Assembly: GCA_963694315.1 (NCBI GenBank)
Contig: CAVOCU010000003.1
Span: forward strand, 1-48,308
Reading direction: 5' to 3'
Length of the DNA: 48,308 nucleotides
DNA from: Dehalococcoidia bacterium
GTDB lineage: Bacteria; Chloroflexota; Dehalococcoidia; Lucifugimonadales; UBA1127
The position numbers and the translations under genes were made by a program. Under the pieces are notes generated by a model. That model saw only the letters and a list, made by a program, of their open reading frames with translations. It made no database searches and had not been told where the DNA came from. Shown in pieces: positions 45,532 through 48,308 of this stretch (positions within the stretch are counted from its first letter, which is position 1; each line of letters opens with the position of its first letter).

Positions 45532-47442
45532 TTACACCTCGCGGAATTCGCCTTCCACTGTATCATCAGGCTTGTCGCCCTCGCTGCCTTCTCCTGGAGC
45601 GCCTTCCCCGCCGGGTTCACCTTCACCAGTGCTGCCCGCCTCCGCGTAGACCGCCGCGCCCACTTTTTGCATCGTAGTGTTCAAGTCCTCCATCATTGTG
45701 CGGAGGGTGGCTACATCCGCTGTCTGCGCTTCTGCGGTAAGAGCTACACCTTTGATCTGTATCTCCGTCTTCAGTTCCTCAGGAATATGCTCCGCCTGTT
45801 CATCCAGCAACTTCTTGGCGCTGAAGCCTAGCTGGCTGGCGCTGTTGCGCAGGTCAACTTCTTCCTTGCGAACTTCGTCCTCGGCCGCATGTTGTTCCGC
45901 GTCTGTTACCATCTGCTCAATCTCTTCCTTGGAAAGGCCGGAGCTTGATTCAATGACAATCTTCTGCTCCCGGTTCGTTGCCTGGTCTTTTGCGGAGACG
46001 CTGAGGATGCCGTTGGCATCAATATCAAACGTCACTTCAATCTTTGGTACACCCCGTTGGGCGGGCAAGATGCCGTCTAGGATGAACTTGCCCACAGAGC
46101 GGTTGTCCGCCGCCATTGGACGTTCACCCTGCAGTACATGAATTTCAACGCTGCCCTGGTTCTCTGCGGCAGTGGTGAACACCTCAGACTTAGAAGTTGG
46201 AATCGTGGTGTTCCGTGTGATGATTCCGTGGGATACTCCACCTTCCGTTTCCAACCCCATGGTCAGAGGAGTCACATCTAGTAGCAGGATGTCCTGTACA
46301 TCGCCCTTCAATACCGCTGCTTGTAACGCGGCACCTGCGGCTACAGCCTCGTCTGGGTTGACCGAGTGGTTGGGCTCTTGTTTGAACGTGGCTTGCACCC
46401 GCTCCATCACCGCTGGCATACGCGTCATGCCGCCCACCATGATGACTTCATTGATGTCGCCGACAGCCACGCCTGCATCAGTGATAGCCTGTTTGCAGGG
46501 GCCGTCCACGCGCTTCAGCAGGTCTTCTGTCATCTGTTCAAGTTGTGCCCGTGTCATTGTGCGAACCAGATGCTTGGGGCCCGCAGAATCTGCTGAGATG
46601 AATGGTAGGTTGATTTCTGTTTGCGTCACGGATGAGAGCTCAACCTTGGCCTTCTCCGCTGCCTCCTTGAGTCGTTGCAGCGCCATTCGGTCAGTGCTCA
46701 GGTCTATGGCTGTCTCTTGCTTGAACTCCTGCACCAGCCATTCCATTGCCTTCTGGTCGAAATCGTCTCCACCTAAGTGGGTATCGCCTGCGGTGGACAG
46801 AACCTCAAAGACGCCATCGCCCAATCGTAGGACAGTGATGTCAAAGGTGCCTCCGCCCAGATCGAATACCGCAATGGTTGCTTCGCCGTGCTTGTCCATG
46901 CCGTAAGCCAGAGCCGCTGCTGTGGGTTCATTGATGATACGGAGCACATCAAGCCCTGCAACCTTGCCAGCGTCTTTAGTGGCCTGTCGTTGGGCGTCAT
47001 TGAAGTAAGCGGGGACGGTTACTACCGCCTCCGTGATTGTTTCCCCCAGCTTAGCCTCAGCATCTGCCTTCATCTTCTGCAGAATCATGGATGAGATTTC
47101 TGGAGGAGAATAGGCTCTGTCGCCCATGAAGACATGGGCATCCCCGTTGTCGGCCTTCTCAATCTTGTAGGGAAGGCGTTTGATATCGTCCTGGACTACC
47201 GGGTCCTCCATCTTGCGGCCCATCAGTCGCTTTGCGGAGAAGACCGTGTGTTCCGGATTCACAATGCCCTGCCGTTTTGCGGCCAGGCCCACATACCGTT
47301 CCTTGGTCTTTGGGTTGATGGCCACCACAGAGGGTGTCAACCTTGAACCCTCGGCGTTCTCCAGGATTACGGGTACTCCACCCTCTACATAGGACATCAC
47401 TGAGTTGGTGGTGCCCAGATCGATTCCTAATACCTTTGCCAT
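45532..47442 (-). CDS. dnaK: Chaperone DnaK
   Basis: [45 protein letters not shown]. Confidence 0.99.
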   Translation of the reverse strand: MAKVLGIDLGTTNSVMSYVEGGVPVILENAEGSRLTPSVVAINPKTKERYVGLAAKRQGIVNPEHTVFSAKRLMGRKMEDPVVQDDIKRLPYKIEKADNGDAHVFMGDRAYSPPEISSMILQKMKADAEAKLGETITEAVVTVPAYFNDAQRQATKDAGKVAGLDVLRIINEPTAAALAYGMDKHGEATIAVFDLGGGTFDITVLRLGDGVFEVLSTAGDTHLGGDDFDQKAMEWLVQEFKQETAIDLSTDRMALQRLKEAAEKAKVELSSVTQTEINLPFISADSAGPKHLVRTMTRAQLEQMTEDLLKRVDGPCKQAITDAGVAVGDINEVIMVGGMTRMPAVMERVQATFKQEPNHSVNPDEAVAAGAALQAAVLKGDVQDILLLDVTPLTMGLETEGGVSHGIITRNTTIPTSKSEVFTTAAENQGSVEIHVLQGERPMAADNRSVGKFILDGILPAQRGVPKIEVTFDIDANGILSVSAKDQATNREQKIVIESSSGLSKEEIEQMVTDAEQHAAEDEVRKEEVDLRNSASQLGFSAKKLLDEQAEHIPEELKTEIQIKGVALTAEAQTADVATLRTMMEDLNTTMQKVGAAVYAEAGSTGEGEPGGEGAPGEGSEGDKPDDTVEGEFREV

Positions 47443-47482
47443 GTCTTACGTCTCCTTGTCTTGCGTTGAACGTTTTTCTGCG

Positions 47483-48073
47483 TTAGTTATTTTCGGTTTT
47501 GGACGGTTCTTCTGAACTCTCAACATCTGCTGTTTTCACTACTACTACCTGGGAGGGCCGAAGCACCTTCCCGTTCATCTTGTAGCCTTGGCGGGTGACC
47601 TCCAGGACTTCGCCCTCCTGTCGGCCTGGCACATCTATGTAGGAAACAATCTCATGCTCCCAGGGATTGAAGGCGAGCCCTTCAGCTTCAATTCGCTGTA
47701 GCCCCTCACCTTCTAGGATGCTGTTCACCTTCCGGCCAATGAGCATGAAGCCCTCCAGCCAGCTGTTACCTTCATTTGATGGAGCTTGGCTCAACGCACG
47801 CTCTACATCGTCAAGCGCCGGTAGGATTCGGAGAATCACCTGGGCTTTGGCGGTGCTCAGAATCTCTACCTTCTCTTCATCAGCCCGCTTCCGGTAGTTG
47901 GCGAAATCGGCCTGTCCCCGTTGTGCCAGAACCTTGAACTGCGTTTTCTCACGCTCAGCTTCTTCAAATTGAGCCTGGAGTAGTTCCATATCCGTGGCTT
48001 CAGGTCCGGGAGTAAGGCTCCCGCTAGAGATATCCTCGTCGTCCTCGATAGGGCCTTCACTGAACTCGTTCAA
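47483..48073 (-). CDS. grpE: Nucleotide exchange factor GrpE
   Basis: R.QADF.NYRKR, LP.LDD.ERAL, F.P..HE, GY.....LRP..V.V. Confidence 0.96.
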   Translation of the reverse strand: MNEFSEGPIEDDEDISSGSLTPGPEATDMELLQAQFEEAEREKTQFKVLAQRGQADFANYRKRADEEKVEILSTAKAQVILRILPALDDVERALSQAPSNEGNSWLEGFMLIGRKVNSILEGEGLQRIEAEGLAFNPWEHEIVSYIDVPGRQEGEVLEVTRQGYKMNGKVLRPSQVVVVKTADVESSEEPSKTENN

Positions 48074-48106
48074 TCGAAATTCCTCCTAGGTTGGGCTTGG
48101 GTTGGC

Positions 48107-48308
48107 TTATGCTTCTTCGGGTGACTGCGCTGACCGCTGGCCATCATCAGTGTAGTGGAGCAGTTCCAGCACGGATGTCATCAGGTGCTGCATGGCGTCT
48201 TGCGCGTTCGTTTCCATGTGTGCGGCCATCACCTGTTGCATGAGTTCCAGTCGACTCACCATTTCCAGCGCTAACTCCACCCCTGCCAGGTTCATGCCGC
48301 GATCTTCG
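48107..48308 (-). CDS. hspR: C-terminal part of MerR-family heat-shock repressor HspR (5-prime end outside window)
   Basis: D.G.NLAGVE motif and position upstream of grpE-dnaK. Confidence 0.7.
   Translation of the reverse strand, partial: EDRGMNLAGVELALEMVSRLELMQQVMAAHMETNAQDAMQHLMTSVLELLHYTDDGQRSAQSPEEA

Noticed and set aside
1-48308. CRISPR array, rRNA or intact IS element
   Set aside because: No regularly spaced repeats, rRNA-like sequence or transposase ORF detected by eye.

Overview
Bacterial chromosomal window of about 55% GC by eye. The gene repertoire (LLM monooxygenase, Rieske oxygenase, Mo-hydroxylase, MetE-II, PAC2, HspR, signal-less NMT1-fold protein) suggests Chloroflexota, possibly Dehalococcoidia/SAR202; this is inference. 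Housekeeping genes are recF, ppdK, mutS2, amtB-glnK, hspR(partial)-grpE-dnaK, tRNA-Asn and tRNA-fMet. The most notable part is a selenium-rich neighbourhood at about 26.8-37.4 kb: selenoneine genes senA-senB with a co-oriented DinB-type thiol transferase, a convergent Mo-hydroxylase operon, and a selenocysteine peroxiredoxin (in-frame UGA plus SECIS-like hairpin) that the ORF track splits. Also present are an intact Rieske-oxygenase homolog with rewired metal ligands, a GlnR-like operator array upstream of amtB, a decayed 5.5-kb island integrated at tRNA-fMet, a cluster of microproteins, a recurring intergenic palindrome and several pseudogenes. All calls come from motif recognition by eye; no database searches were run.
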